DNA of 64,000 nucleotides, from contig OZ242260.1 in NCBI GenBank assembly GCA_965207065.1, forward strand, positions 3,488,001 through 3,552,000, read 5' to 3'. Below the pieces are notes generated by a model. The model saw only the letters and a program-made list of their open reading frames with translations, was not told the origin of the DNA and did not search any database. The stretch is from a bacterium (lineage in GTDB: Bacteria; UBA8248). The position numbers were made by a program, and so were the translations under genes. This document shows positions 51,810-62,979 of the stretch, piece after piece. The first letter of the stretch is position 1. Every line of letters starts with the position of its first letter.

Positions 51810-52099
51810 ATCGGACAGGCACGGGGGCCTGTCCCTACGCCTCGTTTCGAACGCGGGGTTTCGTAGGGGCGGCCCCCCGTGGCCGCCCGCGCCGGAGGGT
51901 TGAATCCTTCAGCCGCTCCGCTCGCCCTCCCTCGGCGTGAAGCCAACCCCCTGATCCCTTTGCCAAGGGGTAAAGGCAACGTCCCCTCAAAGGAGAGGGT
52001 GGCAGAAAAACCCCCTTGCCAAGGAGTATTGAAAAAGCCTTTGTCCATCGAGAGGGGCGTCTTCTCTATCCCCGAAAAGGGGGCTTTTTCAACATCCCC
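51810..52099. repeat. REP-like cluster plus short TIR-bounded unit
   Basis: GGACAGGCACGGGGGCCTGTCCCTAC, GTAGGGGCGGCCCCCCGTGGCCGCCC, and GGAGTATTGAAAAAGCC...GGCTTTTTCAACATCCCC (52023-52099). Confidence 0.7.
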
Positions 52100-52214
52100 A
52101 TGAGGGGAAAGTGATTTTACAAACCGAGGCGGAGTGGCGAATAAGGGGAGAGTGTATCTGTTGCTTCTCGTAGAACGCGTTGAAGCATTCTTTATCAGGA
52201 GTTTTCGACACCCC

Positions 52215-52697
52215 CTATATGAGCGGGTCTCGGCGCGTCGTGATGACGCCGGTCCGCATCCCCGCCGTGTGCAAACCGCCCCTCAGGCGGCCGTGTTCGA
52301 TCTTCATGCATTTGTCCATGACGACGAGGAGCCCTGCGTTTTGCGCGCGCGCCGCTTCGGCCTCGTTCACCACTTCGAATTGCAGCCACAGCGATTTCGC
52401 GCCGACTGCTATCGCCTCATCGACCACTTCTGAAATTTCATCCGGCCTGCGAAACACGTCCACCACTTCGGGAGGGTCGGGTATCGACGCGACATCCGGG
52501 TAGGATTTCTGCCCCAGTATCTGCTCGTACCTCGGGTTCACCGGAATTACGTCGTAGCCCATCCTCTGGAGGTAGTACCCGACGAAATAGCTGGGTCTCG
52601 ATTCGTTCGCCGAAAGCCCCACCATCGCCACGCGGCGGTGATTCCGCAGGATGCGGCGGATCGTGCGCGGGTTCTGGTATTCGGGGAATCCCGTCAT
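52215..52697 (-). CDS. CoA-binding protein (YccU-like)
   Basis: VAMVGLS-x4-[26 protein letters not shown]. Confidence 0.9.
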   Translation of the reverse strand: MTGFPEYQNPRTIRRILRNHRRVAMVGLSANESRPSYFVGYYLQRMGYDVIPVNPRYEQILGQKSYPDVASIPDPPEVVDVFRRPDEISEVVDEAIAVGAKSLWLQFEVVNEAEAARAQNAGLLVVMDKCMKIEHGRLRGGLHTAGMRTGVITTRRDPLI

Positions 52698-54013
52698 TTG
52701 CGCGCCGTCGCCGCATCGAGGGCCTGGTCCAGGTCCCACAGAATGTCGTCGATGTGTTCGAGGCCCACCGATATCCGGATGAGGTCGGGCGTGAGGTTCC
52801 CCGCCTTCATGTCCTCCTCGCTCAACTGGGCGTGCGTCGTGGAAGCCGGGTGGATGATGAGGCTCTTCGCGTCGCCCACGTTCGCGAGATGGCTGTGCAG
52901 CTGAAGGGCGTTGATGAAGCGGACGGCCGCCTCGAATCCGCCCTGGACGCCGAAGGAAAAGACGGCGCCCTGGCCGTTCGGCAGATATTTTTTCGCCCGC
53001 TCGTGCTCGGGGTTGTCCGCCAGTCCGGGGTAGTTCACGAAACTGATGCGCGCATCCCGTGCGAGATAATCAGCCACCTTCTGCGCGTTCTCGCAGTGAC
53101 GCTCCATGCGCAGGCTCAGTGTTTCCAGCCCATGGGCCAGCAAAAAACCGTTGAACGGGCTCAGGCACGACCCGATGTCGCGCAGGCTCTCCGCGCGCGC
53201 CTTCATGAGGAAGCCCAATTCGCCGAAGGTCTCGAAGAAGCGCAGCCCATGATAGCCCGGAGAGGGGTCGACCATGCCGGGGAACTTCCCGTTCGCCCAG
53301 TCGAAGCGGCCCGAATCCACGATGACGCCGCCGATGCTCGTGCCGTGCCCGTCGATGAATTTCGTGGCCGAATGCAGAACGATGTCCGCTCCCCACTCGA
53401 TGGGGCGGCAGAGGTAGGGAGTCGCAAAAGTGTTGTCCACGACGAGGGGGACCCCCGCATCGCTCGCAATTTTCGCCAGGGCCTCCAGGTCGGCGACGTT
53501 GGTGGCCGGATTCCCTATCGTTTCGCAGTAGATGACGCGTGTTTTCTCCGTCACCGCGGCCCGGAAATCTTCCGGCCGCGTCGGGTCGACGAATGTCGTG
53601 TTGATGCCGAGTTTTCTGAGCGTGATGTCGAACTGCGTGTACGTGCCCCCGTAGAGAGCGGCGGAAGAAACGATTTCATCCCCCGGGTTCGTCAGGGTGA
53701 ACAGCGCGATGAACTGGGCGGCCTGTCCCGAGGCCGTCGCGAGCCCGCCGACGCCTCCTTCGAGAGCCGCGATGCGCTCCTCGAAGACGCTCGTGGTGGG
53801 GTTTCCGATGCGCGTGTAGACGTACCCGTAATCCTGCAGGGCGAAGAGACCCGCGGCGTGTTCGTCGTCGTCGAAAACGAAACCGGTGGATTGGTAGATC
53901 GGCACGGCCCTGGCGCCGGTGGCGGGGTCGGGCCGCGCGCCCGCATGGAGGGCGTTGGTATCGAAGTGAAACGCTCTCGGGGCCGTTTCCTCGGGTCTGG
54001 AATCCTCGTTCAT
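52694..54013 (-). CDS. metY: O-acetylhomoserine aminocarboxypropyltransferase (MetY), paralog 1
   Basis: [44 protein letters not shown]. Confidence 0.9.
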   Translation of the reverse strand: MNEDSRPEETAPRAFHFDTNALHAGARPDPATGARAVPIYQSTGFVFDDDEHAAGLFALQDYGYVYTRIGNPTTSVFEERIAALEGGVGGLATASGQAAQFIALFTLTNPGDEIVSSAALYGGTYTQFDITLRKLGINTTFVDPTRPEDFRAAVTEKTRVIYCETIGNPATNVADLEALAKIASDAGVPLVVDNTFATPYLCRPIEWGADIVLHSATKFIDGHGTSIGGVIVDSGRFDWANGKFPGMVDPSPGYHGLRFFETFGELGFLMKARAESLRDIGSCLSPFNGFLLAHGLETLSLRMERHCENAQKVADYLARDARISFVNYPGLADNPEHERAKKYLPNGQGAVFSFGVQGGFEAAVRFINALQLHSHLANVGDAKSLIIHPASTTHAQLSEEDMKAGNLTPDLIRISVGLEHIDDILWDLDQALDAATARK

Positions 54014-54104
54014 GTGCGCTCCTTGAAAAATGGCATGGTTCCGGTTTTGTAATCTCTACGATCCATTAAAGCAAGCGACGGCCTCCAAGAAAAGGCCCCA
54101 CTAG

Positions 54105-54375
54105 GAGGTTGTTGAATTTCCCCCTGACAGGGCAAAGGCAACCCTCTTGAAGGAGAAACCCCATAAAAGCAACCCCCCCTACCCCCCCTTGTCAGGGGTC
54201 AAACGCGAGTGAGGAACGAGCGTTTGCATGAGCCATTGACGAGAAACACATCGGCTCGCAAAACCTCCCTCTTCGGTCGGTTTTGACCCTGACAAGGGGG
54301 GGTAGGGGGGGTTGCTTTTCCAGTCGAGAGGCATCGCCGTTATCTCCCTTGGCAGGGGACTTTCCCAACAACCCC
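54105..54375. mobile_element. MITE-like unit with TGTTG termini and a long internal inverted repeat
   Basis: GAGGTTGTTGAA...CCCAACAACCCC. Internal AAAAGCAACCCCCCCTACCCCCCCTTGTCAGGGGTCAA paired with TTGACCCTGACAAGGGGGGTAGGGGGGGTTGCTTTT. Confidence 0.65.
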
Positions 54376-54480
54376 GCAAGAAGGCGAATACTCCCCGGCG
54401 GCGTTGATTTTCTCTCCCCGGCTACACCATAATCCGGGGTCGTGATGAATGCGCCCGCCCCGCACGCCCATTGAAAGACC

Positions 54481-55236
54481 ATGGCTCGAATACTTCTTTG
54501 TAATGATGACGGCATCGATTCGGAAGGCCTGCGCGCCCTCTACGCGGCCCTCGCTCCGCTGGGGGAGTTGATCGTCGTGGCGCCGGACAGGGAGCAGAGC
54601 GCGGCGGGACACTCCCTGAGCCTGCACCGTCCCCTGCGCATCAACGAGCTGGAGCACAACTGGTTCTCCGTGGACGGTACGCCGACGGACTGCGTGAATC
54701 TCGCCCTGAACGGCCTGTTCAAGAACGAACACCCCGACATGCTCGTCTCCGGCATCAACCGGGGCGGAAACCTGGGCGACGACATCACCTATTCAGGAAC
54801 CGTGGCCGCCGCGATGGAGGCCACCCTCCTGGGGCTTCCGGCGGTGGCGGTCTCACTCGCCCACGAGGACGGGGAGACGCTCCGCTTCGATTTGGCGAAA
54901 AAAGTTGCGCGCGCCGGCGCGAGGGAAGTATTATCCCGGGGGCTCGCGCCGGGCGTTCTGCTGAACATCAACGTCCCGAACATACCTCCGAAACAGTGCA
55001 GGGGAGAGCGGATCACCCGTCAGGGCAAGCGCGTCTACGAGGAAGCCATCGTGGAAAAACTGGACCCGCGTGGGCGTGAGTATTACTGGATAGGGGGAGG
55101 CAGCCTGCGGTGGAAGGATGAGCCCGACACGGACTTCGAGGCGATTTCGAACCACCAGGTCTCCATTACCCCCCTCCGGCTGGATCTCACGGACTACGAC
55201 GCGATGAAAGGGCTGGAATCTTGGCGTTTTCATTAA
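54481..55236 (+). CDS. surE: 5'/3'-nucleotidase SurE
   Basis: [39 protein letters not shown]. Confidence 0.96.
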   Translation: MARILLCNDDGIDSEGLRALYAALAPLGELIVVAPDREQSAAGHSLSLHRPLRINELEHNWFSVDGTPTDCVNLALNGLFKNEHPDMLVSGINRGGNLGDDITYSGTVAAAMEATLLGLPAVAVSLAHEDGETLRFDLAKKVARAGAREVLSRGLAPGVLLNINVPNIPPKQCRGERITRQGKRVYEEAIVEKLDPRGREYYWIGGGSLRWKDEPDTDFEAISNHQVSITPLRLDLTDYDAMKGLESWRFH

Positions 55237-55901
55237 GCGGAAGAAGAGAGGACCGCTGGCGGCGCGCACGCGAGGATATGGTGGCCAGGCAAATCGTAGC
55301 CCGCGGGATCGCGGACGCGCGCGTGCTCGATGCCCTGCGCGATGTGCCGAGGCATCATTTCGCCCCTGACATCTTTCGCGAAACCGCCTACGCCGACAAG
55401 GCGCTGCCCATCGGACACGGACAGACCATCTCCCAGCCCTATATGGTGGCGGCCACGCTCGAGGCCCTTGAACTCAAGGGCGCGGAGAAGGTGCTTGAGA
55501 TCGGAGCGGGTTCGGGGTACCTTACCGCGCTTCTGGGGAGGCTCGCGGGTTCCGTCCGCGCGATCGAGCGGGTGCCGGAGCTTGCGACGAGAGCCAGGGA
55601 GCGGCTTGATTCTTTCGGCTTGACGAATTATATGCTCTGGACGGCGGACGGCACTTACGGCTGGCCGGATGAGGCGCCTTTCGACGTCATCGTGAGCGCA
55701 GCTTCGGCGCCCAGCGTGCCTGCGCCGTGGATGCAGCAGACAGCCCCCGGCGGGCGAATCGTTATGCCCTTGGGGGAGGGGGAGAAACAGACCCTCGTAC
55801 GATACCGCGTCTCGGGATCGGGTGAGATACCTGCCCCCGAGGAGTTGGTGAACTGCGTTTTCGTGAAACTGGTGGGAAAATACGGCTGGGAGAAACCATA
55901 G
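55221..55901 (+). CDS. pcm: Protein-L-isoaspartate O-methyltransferase
   Basis: VPRH-x-[21 protein letters not shown]-x2-GW-x3-APFD. Start may be 55278. Confidence 0.94.
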   Translation: MAFSLSGRREDRWRRAREDMVARQIVARGIADARVLDALRDVPRHHFAPDIFRETAYADKALPIGHGQTISQPYMVAATLEALELKGAEKVLEIGAGSGYLTALLGRLAGSVRAIERVPELATRARERLDSFGLTNYMLWTADGTYGWPDEAPFDVIVSAASAPSVPAPWMQQTAPGGRIVMPLGEGEKQTLVRYRVSGSGEIPAPEELVNCVFVKLVGKYGWEKP

Positions 55902-55935
55902 GCGGGTGTCGAATCCGCCGTCTCGCGGCTTGTGT

Positions 55936-56012
<77 letters not shown>

Positions 56013-56291
56013 TTTTCTCAACCTGAAAACTCACCGGACAGAAGCCTTTCAGGTCGTTCCCCGATACGGCCGATGTCCCTGGACTTGAAGTAATACTTCA
56101 TGTTTATCCATAGTTTATTGAATTAGCTATTACATTAACTTCAAATAAATAACTCCATTTATATAATAAAATACATTAGATATATTATCGACAGCCTCCT
56201 GGCAACGAAAATGCGTATACACGCTGAAAGAAACGTCTCGACTCCGCCTTTTGCCGACATCTTTCGGTTGAATTCGAAACGCGGAAGATGC

Positions 56292-56661
56292 GTAGGGGCG
56301 AGCCCCTGTGGTCGCCCGACTAGCTGACCTAGGAGTCTGTAGGGACAGGTCGCGACCTCGGACAGGCGCATGGGCCTGTCCCTACAGGAGGCGTTACGGG
56401 GTTGTTGAAAATGTCCTCCAGGGGGGAGTGATGCCCCAATGAGCGCTACCCAATGCGGGAAGGTGGTTTTGCTCTTCGCTTTTGATCGTCATTCCAGCAT
56501 ACGCCGGAATCCAGAACAGACTGGATTCTCGAATCGCAGGATGACTATGAAAAACGATAAAGCGATAAGACAAATAGAAAATGCAAAGTACATGGATTCC
56601 GGCGTGCGCCGGAATGACGGTGGTGGTCAATTCCGAGTGAGGAGGAGGTTTTCAACACCCC
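56292..56661. mobile_element. GTAG-type REPs followed by a TIR-bounded MITE-like unit (56398-56661)
   Basis: GTAGGGGCGAGCCCCTGTGGTCGCCC, GTAGGGACAGGTCGCGACC, and GGGGTTGTTGAAAAT...TTTTCAACACCCC enclosing the inverted pair GTCATTCCAGCATACGCCGGAATCCA / TGGATTCCGGCGTGCGCCGGAATGAC. Confidence 0.7.
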
Positions 56662-56689
56662 CACGCGTCCACGCTTTCCCGCTCACCCC

Positions 56690-56721
56690 AAAAAAAGAGG
56701 CGCCCCGGTGAGGGACGCCTC
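56690..56721 (-). terminator. Rho-independent terminator after metY paralog 2
   Basis: Minus strand GAGGCGTCCC-TCACC-GGGGCGCCTC followed by T7. Confidence 0.8.
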
Positions 56722-56746
56722 CTTATCGTTTCTTTCGTGCGATGCG

Positions 56747-58051
56747 CTATGCGGCGTCCAGGGCCTGTTCGAGGTCGGCGATGATGTCGTCGATGTGCTC
56801 GATGCCGATGGAAAGCCGCACGTAGCCCGGCGTCACGCCTGTCTGTTCCTGCTCCTCGGAGCTGAGCTGGGAGTGCGTGGTGCTCGCCGGGTGGATGGCG
56901 AGGCTCTTCGAATCGCCGATGTTCGCCACGTGGTAGAACATCTTGAGCGCGTTGATGAAGTTCTGGCCCGCCTCGAAGCCGCCGGTGAGGTCGATTCCGA
57001 CCAGGCCGCCGTAGCCGCCTTTGAGATACGTGTCGGCGCGGTTGCGGAACTCCCCGTTCATGAGGCCGGGGTAAATCGTGGTGTTCACCTTGGGGTGGGC
57101 GTTCAGGTATTCCGCCGCGACGGCGGCGTTCTGGCAATGACGCTCCATCCGCAGGGGCAGGGTTTCCAGGCCTTGTAAGAACAGGAAGGTGTTGAAGGGG
57201 CTCATCGCCTGGCCGGAGTCGCGCAGGAGAGTGACGCGCGCCTTGATGATGTAGGCGATGGGGCCGAGCGGCTTGACGGCTTGGGACCACACGGCGCCGT
57301 GGTAGCTCGGGTCCGGCTGGTTGAGGTAGGGCTGCCTCTCGGGGTGCGCCTCCCAGTCGAAGTTGCCCGCGTCGATGATGATGCCGCCGATGGAGTTGCC
57401 GTGCCCGCCGATGTATTTCGTGCACGATGAGGCGATGACGGCCGCGCCGTGCTCGAAGGGCTTGCAGAGACCATGGGCCGCCGTGTTGTCCATGATGAGG
57501 GGAATCCCCAGCTCACGACCGAGGTCGGAGACTTCCCTTATCGGGAAAACGTGCAGCTTCGGATTCGGCAGCGTCTCGGCGTAGTAGGCGCGCGTCTTGT
57601 CGTCCGTCGCTTTGACGAAATTCTCAGGGTCCCCCGGGTCCACGAATCGGCACTCGATCCCGATGTCCTCCAGCTGATTCGCGAAGAGGTTCCACGTGCC
57701 GCCGTAGAGGTCCGTCGAACTCACGATGTTGTCCCCGGCGCGCGCGACGTTCATCACCGCCATCATCGAGGCCGACTGGCCCGAGGAGACCGCGAGGCCG
57801 CCGACGCCGCCTTCGAGCGCCGCCAGGCGTTTTTCGAGCACGTCGTTCGTCGGGTTCATGATTCGCGTGTAGATGTTGCCGAGCTCCTTCAGCGCGAAAA
57901 GATCGGCCGCGTGGTCCGTGCTGTCGAACTGGTAGGAGGACGTCTGGTAGATCGGTACGGCCACGGCGTTCGTGGTGGGGTCCTTGCGGTATCCGGCGTG
58001 AAGAACGATGGTTTCGTTGTTGCTGAGTTCCAGCTCTGTTTCCACTGTCAT
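56747..58051 (-). CDS. metY: O-acetylhomoserine aminocarboxypropyltransferase (MetY), paralog 2
   Basis: [46 protein letters not shown]. Confidence 0.9.
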   Translation of the reverse strand: MTVETELELSNNETIVLHAGYRKDPTTNAVAVPIYQTSSYQFDSTDHAADLFALKELGNIYTRIMNPTNDVLEKRLAALEGGVGGLAVSSGQSASMMAVMNVARAGDNIVSSTDLYGGTWNLFANQLEDIGIECRFVDPGDPENFVKATDDKTRAYYAETLPNPKLHVFPIREVSDLGRELGIPLIMDNTAAHGLCKPFEHGAAVIASSCTKYIGGHGNSIGGIIIDAGNFDWEAHPERQPYLNQPDPSYHGAVWSQAVKPLGPIAYIIKARVTLLRDSGQAMSPFNTFLFLQGLETLPLRMERHCQNAAVAAEYLNAHPKVNTTIYPGLMNGEFRNRADTYLKGGYGGLVGIDLTGGFEAGQNFINALKMFYHVANIGDSKSLAIHPASTTHSQLSSEEQEQTGVTPGYVRLSIGIEHIDDIIADLEQALDAA

Positions 58052-58344
58052 TCCAATAACCCTCTTTTTCGAAAAGAAAAGATATCGTCAGGGATGCGAG
58101 ATGACTCGCATGAACTTCCCAACCCCTGCTGTTCTGGAAAAACAAAAACGAGAATCTACACAAAATCAATGGATTCGGCAAATACAATCGGGGAAAAATC
58201 ACTTTATCGGAGATCGCCGGAAGCGGTTGACCTCGAATGGCCCCTGGCCCGAAGATAGCCCGCTGAATCCGGCGTCATACCGACTTGGAAAAGGCGAGTG
58301 AAAAATCTCGCCCCATCACCCATACGAAAGGAGAAGGTAGCGGC

Positions 58345-59532
58345 ATGAGAAGACAGGCGTCACGCGCGAATCAGAACTGGATTTTCGACAATTTCCTCAA
58401 ACTCTCCGACAACGAGGACGTTCTCCACCCCGGCATCATGGGCACGCGCTATGAGCGGGGTTTCCGGCACCAGGACCTGGAAGCCGTCTACTCGAAGGTC
58501 TCGGGCAGGCGCTCCATCCCCCTCCTGTGGGGCAAGCAGGCCGCACTTCAGGAGCAGAAGGCGATAGCAGCGGAAGAGGCGGGAAACCTTGTGACCGCCG
58601 CCATGCACTACAACCGCGCGGGCCTTTGCTACGGACGCGGCCAGCACCTCATCCCCGTCGATGGACATCCGCGCAAGAAGGAATACTACGCGGGCGTCGC
58701 GCGCTGCTTCGACAAGATGCGCGAAGTCAGGGGCGGCGACATCCAGAAGCACCAGGTGGAGTTCGACCCCGGCAAGAATGCGTATTTCTATTTCTGGCCT
58801 GCGGAGGGGGAAGGGCCGAAACCCACCGTGCTCCTCATCCCCGGCATGGACATGATCAAGGAAGACGGTCTCTTGCCCTACAACAACTGGTTCCATTCGC
58901 GCGGCATGAACTTCGCCATCATGGACGGGCCGGGGCAGGGCGAGTGCAACATCAACCAGGTGTGGGTCGATCACCACAACTACGCGCGCGCGGGCAGCAA
59001 GGTCATCGACTGGCTCACCGCGCGCGACGAGGTGGATTCCTCAAGAGTCGGCATCATGGGCATGAGCATGGGCAGCCGCTGGACGGTGGAAATCGCTGCG
59101 CAGGACGAGCGCGTCAACACCGTCGTCGGCCAGATGGCGAACGTGGGGCCTTCGGACATCATCTTTAACCAGGCCCAGCCCAACTTCAAGCGCATCTACA
59201 TGTACATGACGAACATTCTCGATGAGGATGCGTTCGACGAGTTCGTCGAGGAGCGCGACAACATCTGGCTGCCCCTGGTGGGCAAGATGAAGTCGAACTA
59301 CCTCCTCGTGGCGGGCGACATGGACGAGCTCTGCACGCCGGACGACATCGACGCCTTCTTCTCGCACCTCACCTGCCCGCGCGAGCTCTGGTTGTATGAG
59401 GGCGTCTTCCATCCCATGGGCGAGGTCGCGGCGGACATGTACCCCGCCATCGCGGACTGGATGCTGCACTCGCTGAACAACGGCCTGCCGGCGGACCACA
59501 ACAAGCGGGTGATCGTTCCCGAGGGAGGATAA
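58345..59532 (+). CDS. Alpha/beta hydrolase (FrsA / 2,6-dihydropseudooxynicotine hydrolase-like)
   Basis: PGMDMIKE, DGPGQGE, GMSMG nucleophile elbow, GDMDEL, GVFH. Confidence 0.85.
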   Translation: MRRQASRANQNWIFDNFLKLSDNEDVLHPGIMGTRYERGFRHQDLEAVYSKVSGRRSIPLLWGKQAALQEQKAIAAEEAGNLVTAAMHYNRAGLCYGRGQHLIPVDGHPRKKEYYAGVARCFDKMREVRGGDIQKHQVEFDPGKNAYFYFWPAEGEGPKPTVLLIPGMDMIKEDGLLPYNNWFHSRGMNFAIMDGPGQGECNINQVWVDHHNYARAGSKVIDWLTARDEVDSSRVGIMGMSMGSRWTVEIAAQDERVNTVVGQMANVGPSDIIFNQAQPNFKRIYMYMTNILDEDAFDEFVEERDNIWLPLVGKMKSNYLLVAGDMDELCTPDDIDAFFSHLTCPRELWLYEGVFHPMGEVAADMYPAIADWMLHSLNNGLPADHNKRVIVPEGG

Positions 59533-59544
59533 GGCGCAGCCGCA

Positions 59545-59757
59545 GACCCTTTAAGAGGGGGTTATCGACAAACCCTCGTCGGGGGTATCGCCTTTACCCC
59601 CTGGCAAATGGTTGTTGGAAAAGCCAGAGGGGATAATTTGTTGCTGTGTAGGGGTCGCATACATGCGACCCTGCCTTTTACGCCTGCGGACAATGGGACG
59701 CATATATGCGTCCCCTACAAACCAAATTCGATTGATGAGGGTTTTCCAACTATCCTC
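59545..59757. mobile_element. TIR-bounded unit (59609-59755) enclosing a REPIN-like inverted REP pair
   Basis: TGGTTGTTGGAAAA...TTTTCCAACTATCC around GTAGGGGTCGCATACATGCGACCC and GGGACGCATATATGCGTCCCCTAC. Confidence 0.65.
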
Positions 59758-59913
59758 AGGGCGGCGCTTTTATCCCCTGACAAGAAGAACAGGTATGTGG
59801 GACGCAAGGCCTGATGAAAATATTTCACTGAGGCTGTCGCGCACCGCCACTTGACGCGAGCCGCACGCCCGATAAAATCAGGAAGTCTGAATTCCGCCCC
59901 GGGATAATTTCTG

Positions 59914-60363
59914 ATGCGAACCATCATCGGCGTCATCGGCGATTCCGACCCCGACCCCGAAACGGCCGCTCTGGCCGAGGAGGCGGGCGCCGAGATTGCG
60001 CGCGCGGGCGCAGTGCTGGTGTGCGGCGGGCTGGGCGGCGTCATGCAGGCCGCGGCGCGCGGTGCGAAAGGAGCGGGCGGTTTAACGGTGGGCGTCCTGC
60101 CATCCTATGAGCCTGAGTCCGCCAACCCGTTCATCGACATTCCCATCGTTACCGGAATGGGCCACGCCAGAAACGTCGTCATCGCGGCGACGGCCCACGC
60201 GCTAATCGCCATGTCGGGCGCGCACGGCACCCTCTCTGAAATCGCTATCGGCCTCAAGCTCGGCAAGCGGGTCGTCTCGCTGGGACGCGACGAAAGCCCT
60301 GCGGGAGTCGTCGCAGCGCCCAACGCCCGGGAGGCCGTGCGGATGGCCCTGGGCGACGCATGA
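59914..60363 (+). CDS. TIGR00725-family (LOG/SLOG-like Rossmann fold) protein
   Basis: IGVIG, VCGGLGGVM-x-AA, TGMGHARN, GTLSEI. Confidence 0.88.
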   Translation: MRTIIGVIGDSDPDPETAALAEEAGAEIARAGAVLVCGGLGGVMQAAARGAKGAGGLTVGVLPSYEPESANPFIDIPIVTGMGHARNVVIAATAHALIAMSGAHGTLSEIAIGLKLGKRVVSLGRDESPAGVVAAPNAREAVRMALGDA

Positions 60364-61259
60364 GGGACGGCATGGATTTGCCCGTATCAAGCATTTCGCG
60401 CGCATCGGGTTTTTGGAGACGGCGTTCCATGTGGCGTAGAGGATGCCTCCTCTTTCTCTGCTTTCTCACCGGCTGCGCTTTCGTCGCGCCCCCGGTAGCG
60501 CCGCCCACGAAAAGCAGCCGCGAGGTCGGCGGGGTCCACCACATCGTCAAGCGCGGCGAGAACCTCTGGCGCATCGGGCGCGCCTATGGCGTGGAGGTCG
60601 AGCAGATCGCCGTCCTGAACGGCATCGGCAACCCCGACCGCATCGAGATAGGCGTGCGGCTCTTCATCCCCGGGGCGAGAACCGTCCGCCTTGTCCGGAA
60701 GAACGTCAGTGCCACGCCGCCCGAACGCCGTCCGCGCTGGGCGGCTCCTCTGCCCCGCAAGTCACCGCCGCGCCGCAAGACGTATTCAAAACCGGCCCGG
60801 AAACCATCCGGAAAGTCGAAGAACACGACTCGTACGCACCGCCCGAAGAACCGGAAGCCGGCGTACCGCAGGGCGCGCGGCAAAGGCCCGAAATTCTCAT
60901 GGCCCCTGCAGGGACGCCTGATTCGCCGCTTCAAGAGTAGTGGCAGCCACAAGGCGGACGGCATCCTCATCGCCGCACGCGAACGCGCCCAGGTTCGCGC
61001 CGCCGCCTCCGGCCGCGTCATTTTTTCTGATTTCGGGCCCGGAAACATGGGGCGCCTCATCATCCTGCGCCACCACGGGGGCGAGTATCACTCCATCTAC
61101 GCCAACGTCGCCGAGAACCTCGTGCGCAAGGGGCAGAGCGTCTCGCGCGGCGCGCCCATCGCCCTTACGGGCCGCACGCCGCGCTTCCGGACCGCGCGCC
61201 TTCATTTCGAGATCCGCCATCGCACGCGGCCGCGGAACCCGCTGTCCTACCTGCCATAA
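60360..61259 (+). CDS. nlpD: LysM + M23 lipoprotein (NlpD-like)
   Basis: Lipobox LTGC, LysM HIVKRGENLWRI, degenerate M23 (ADGILI, LHFEIR). True start may be 60429. Confidence 0.8.
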   Translation: MRDGMDLPVSSISRASGFWRRRSMWRRGCLLFLCFLTGCAFVAPPVAPPTKSSREVGGVHHIVKRGENLWRIGRAYGVEVEQIAVLNGIGNPDRIEIGVRLFIPGARTVRLVRKNVSATPPERRPRWAAPLPRKSPPRRKTYSKPARKPSGKSKNTTRTHRPKNRKPAYRRARGKGPKFSWPLQGRLIRRFKSSGSHKADGILIAARERAQVRAAASGRVIFSDFGPGNMGRLIILRHHGGEYHSIYANVAENLVRKGQSVSRGAPIALTGRTPRFRTARLHFEIRHRTRPRNPLSYLP

Positions 61260-61414
61260 ATTTCAGGCAGGCGTCGTGGTGACATACCGGGAAGGGAATG
61301 CTATCTAGGGTTCGCTTGTCCACTGGATAAGAAACCGACGAAAGGGCCGCGACGCACCCGGCAGGGAACATCAAGAAGAATCAAGAGTTCACACATCCAC
61401 GAGGGGTAGATTTC

Positions 61415-61942
61415 ATGTCCGACATCAATCAGCTTCTGGCGCACATTCGCGACGTGCCCGATTTCCCCAAAGAGGGGATTTTGTTCAAGGACATCACGCC
61501 CATGTTCCAGAACCCCCAGGCCTTCCAGAAGGCGGTGGACATGGCGGCGGAGCCTCTGATGGGTGAGGGCATCGACGTCGTCCTGGGCGTCGAGGCGCGC
61601 GGCTTCATCATCGGAGCGCCCATCGCCTATAAACTCGGCGCGGGCTTCGTGCTGGTGAGAAAAGCGGGAAAACTTCCCTGGGAGAAAACCCAGGCGACGT
61701 ATGATCTCGAATACGGCACCGATACGCTCGAAATTCACAAAGACGCCATCGCGCCCGGCGACAGGGTGCTCATCGCAGACGACGTGCTCGCCACCGGCGG
61801 CACCGCCACCGCCTGCATATCCCTCGTGGATTCGCTGGGCGGGAGCATCCACGGCTTTTCCTTCCTCATCGAACTGGCGTTCCTGAACGGACGCGAGCGC
61901 CTAGCTCCACACCCCGTGCGCTCTTTGATACGATACGACTGA
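61415..61942 (+). CDS. apt: Adenine phosphoribosyltransferase
   Basis: PDFPKEGILFKDI, EARGF, RKAGKLP, LEYG, DDVLATGGT. Confidence 0.96.
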   Translation: MSDINQLLAHIRDVPDFPKEGILFKDITPMFQNPQAFQKAVDMAAEPLMGEGIDVVLGVEARGFIIGAPIAYKLGAGFVLVRKAGKLPWEKTQATYDLEYGTDTLEIHKDAIAPGDRVLIADDVLATGGTATACISLVDSLGGSIHGFSFLIELAFLNGRERLAPHPVRSLIRYD

Positions 61943-61970
61943 CGCGCGCCTCACCGAGCCGCGCAACCAT

Positions 61971-62047
61971 GCCCCCGTAGCTCAGCAGGATAGAGCGCCG
62001 GATTCCTAATCCGTAGGCCGCAGGTTCGAGTCCTGCCGGGGGTACCA
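61971..62047 (+). tRNA. tRNA-Arg (CCT)
   Basis: 77-nt cloverleaf GCCCCCG...CCGGA-TT CCT AA-TCCGT...GGTTCGAGTCC...CGGGGGT-ACCA. Confidence 0.95.
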
Positions 62048-62106
62048 GACTTAAATCCACTTACCCATTTTCCGTGTCGTAGTAGTAATGAATGTCACTA
62101 CAGGAC

Positions 62107-62337
62107 GGGCTGTTGAAAAAGCCCTGATGAACGAGGGTTTGGCGTAATCGGGAGGGGGACAGTTTTTGTAGGGGCGGGCCTCTGTGCCCGCCCTCTGTTG
62201 TTGTCCCTCGTCAAGTCAGGCATGGAGGCCTCGGACAGGCACGGAGGCCTGTCCCTACGGACCTCCCACCCGGTTGCTTTTATTCGCGAAATCACGGAAC
62301 CAGGGGTGACTCAACAATCCCTCAAGGGGGGAGTGAG
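62107..62337. repeat. TIR plus REPIN-like pair immediately after tRNA-Arg
   Basis: GGGCTGTTGAAAAAGCCC, GTAGGGGCGGGCCTCTGTGCCCGCCC, GGACAGGCACGGAGGCCTGTCCCTAC, TCAACAATCCCTCAAGGGGGGAGTGA. Confidence 0.7.
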
Positions 62338-62492
62338 TTTCCTCTCTACTCGGTCTGCGACAACTCGAAAAGCGGGGAATGAAGTTTCCACCCGTCCCGG
62401 TCCAGCACACGACCGCTGGCGCGCTTTGGTGCGTGAACTTATGGCTTGATGTAGAATAACTTTATTCGATTCTTGCTGAATATGGAGGAAAA

Positions 62493-62873
62493 ATGGGTTA
62501 CGTTGAAAAAACTTTAGGTTCCGACGAAACAATTTTATACAAAGGGAATTTTCATTGGCTGGAGCGTCTCTTTGCTTGGATTTTATTTTTCATTCCGATT
62601 TTTCTGATTCGTATTTGGACTACCGAGATTGTAGTTACCAACCAACGCTTGATCTACAAGCGAGGATGGATTTTCAGGAAAACCGATGAGATCAATATAA
62701 ACAGGCTTGAAGAAACAAATCTTAGGCAAGGGATTGTGGGGCGCATATTTGGCTATGGCAGGTTGATATTTAGTGGGGTGGGAGTTGGAAATATCGAATT
62801 GCCGACAATGGCCAAGCCCTTAGATTTCAGGAAAGCTGTAATTGATGCGCAGGCTAAGCGATCGAATGATTAA
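62493..62873 (+). CDS. Bacterial PH-domain (bPH_2) membrane protein
   Basis: YV-x2-TL-x2-DE, TTEIVVTNQRLIYKRG, Q-x3-GRIFGYG. GGAGG RBS, low GC. Confidence 0.8.
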   Translation: MGYVEKTLGSDETILYKGNFHWLERLFAWILFFIPIFLIRIWTTEIVVTNQRLIYKRGWIFRKTDEININRLEETNLRQGIVGRIFGYGRLIFSGVGVGNIELPTMAKPLDFRKAVIDAQAKRSND

Positions 62874-62979
62874 CAAAGACATGCCGCGCAAATTGTTGCA
62901 AGCCGAAACGTGAGGCCTATACTTTTTGACGTGGCGAAGACCAACCGTGAAGAACTCGTAAGGGTTCTTCCTTTTTTTA

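Noticed and set aside
58052-58300. SAM or SAH riboswitch upstream of metY paralog 2
   Set aside because: Only a short TGCGAG-TCAT-CTCGCA hairpin is present, and no conserved riboswitch core was recognised.
62867-62917. attC-like site after the bPH gene (GATTAAC...GTGAGGC)
   Set aside because: Too short, the R' box lacks GTT, pairing is poor and no integrase is present.
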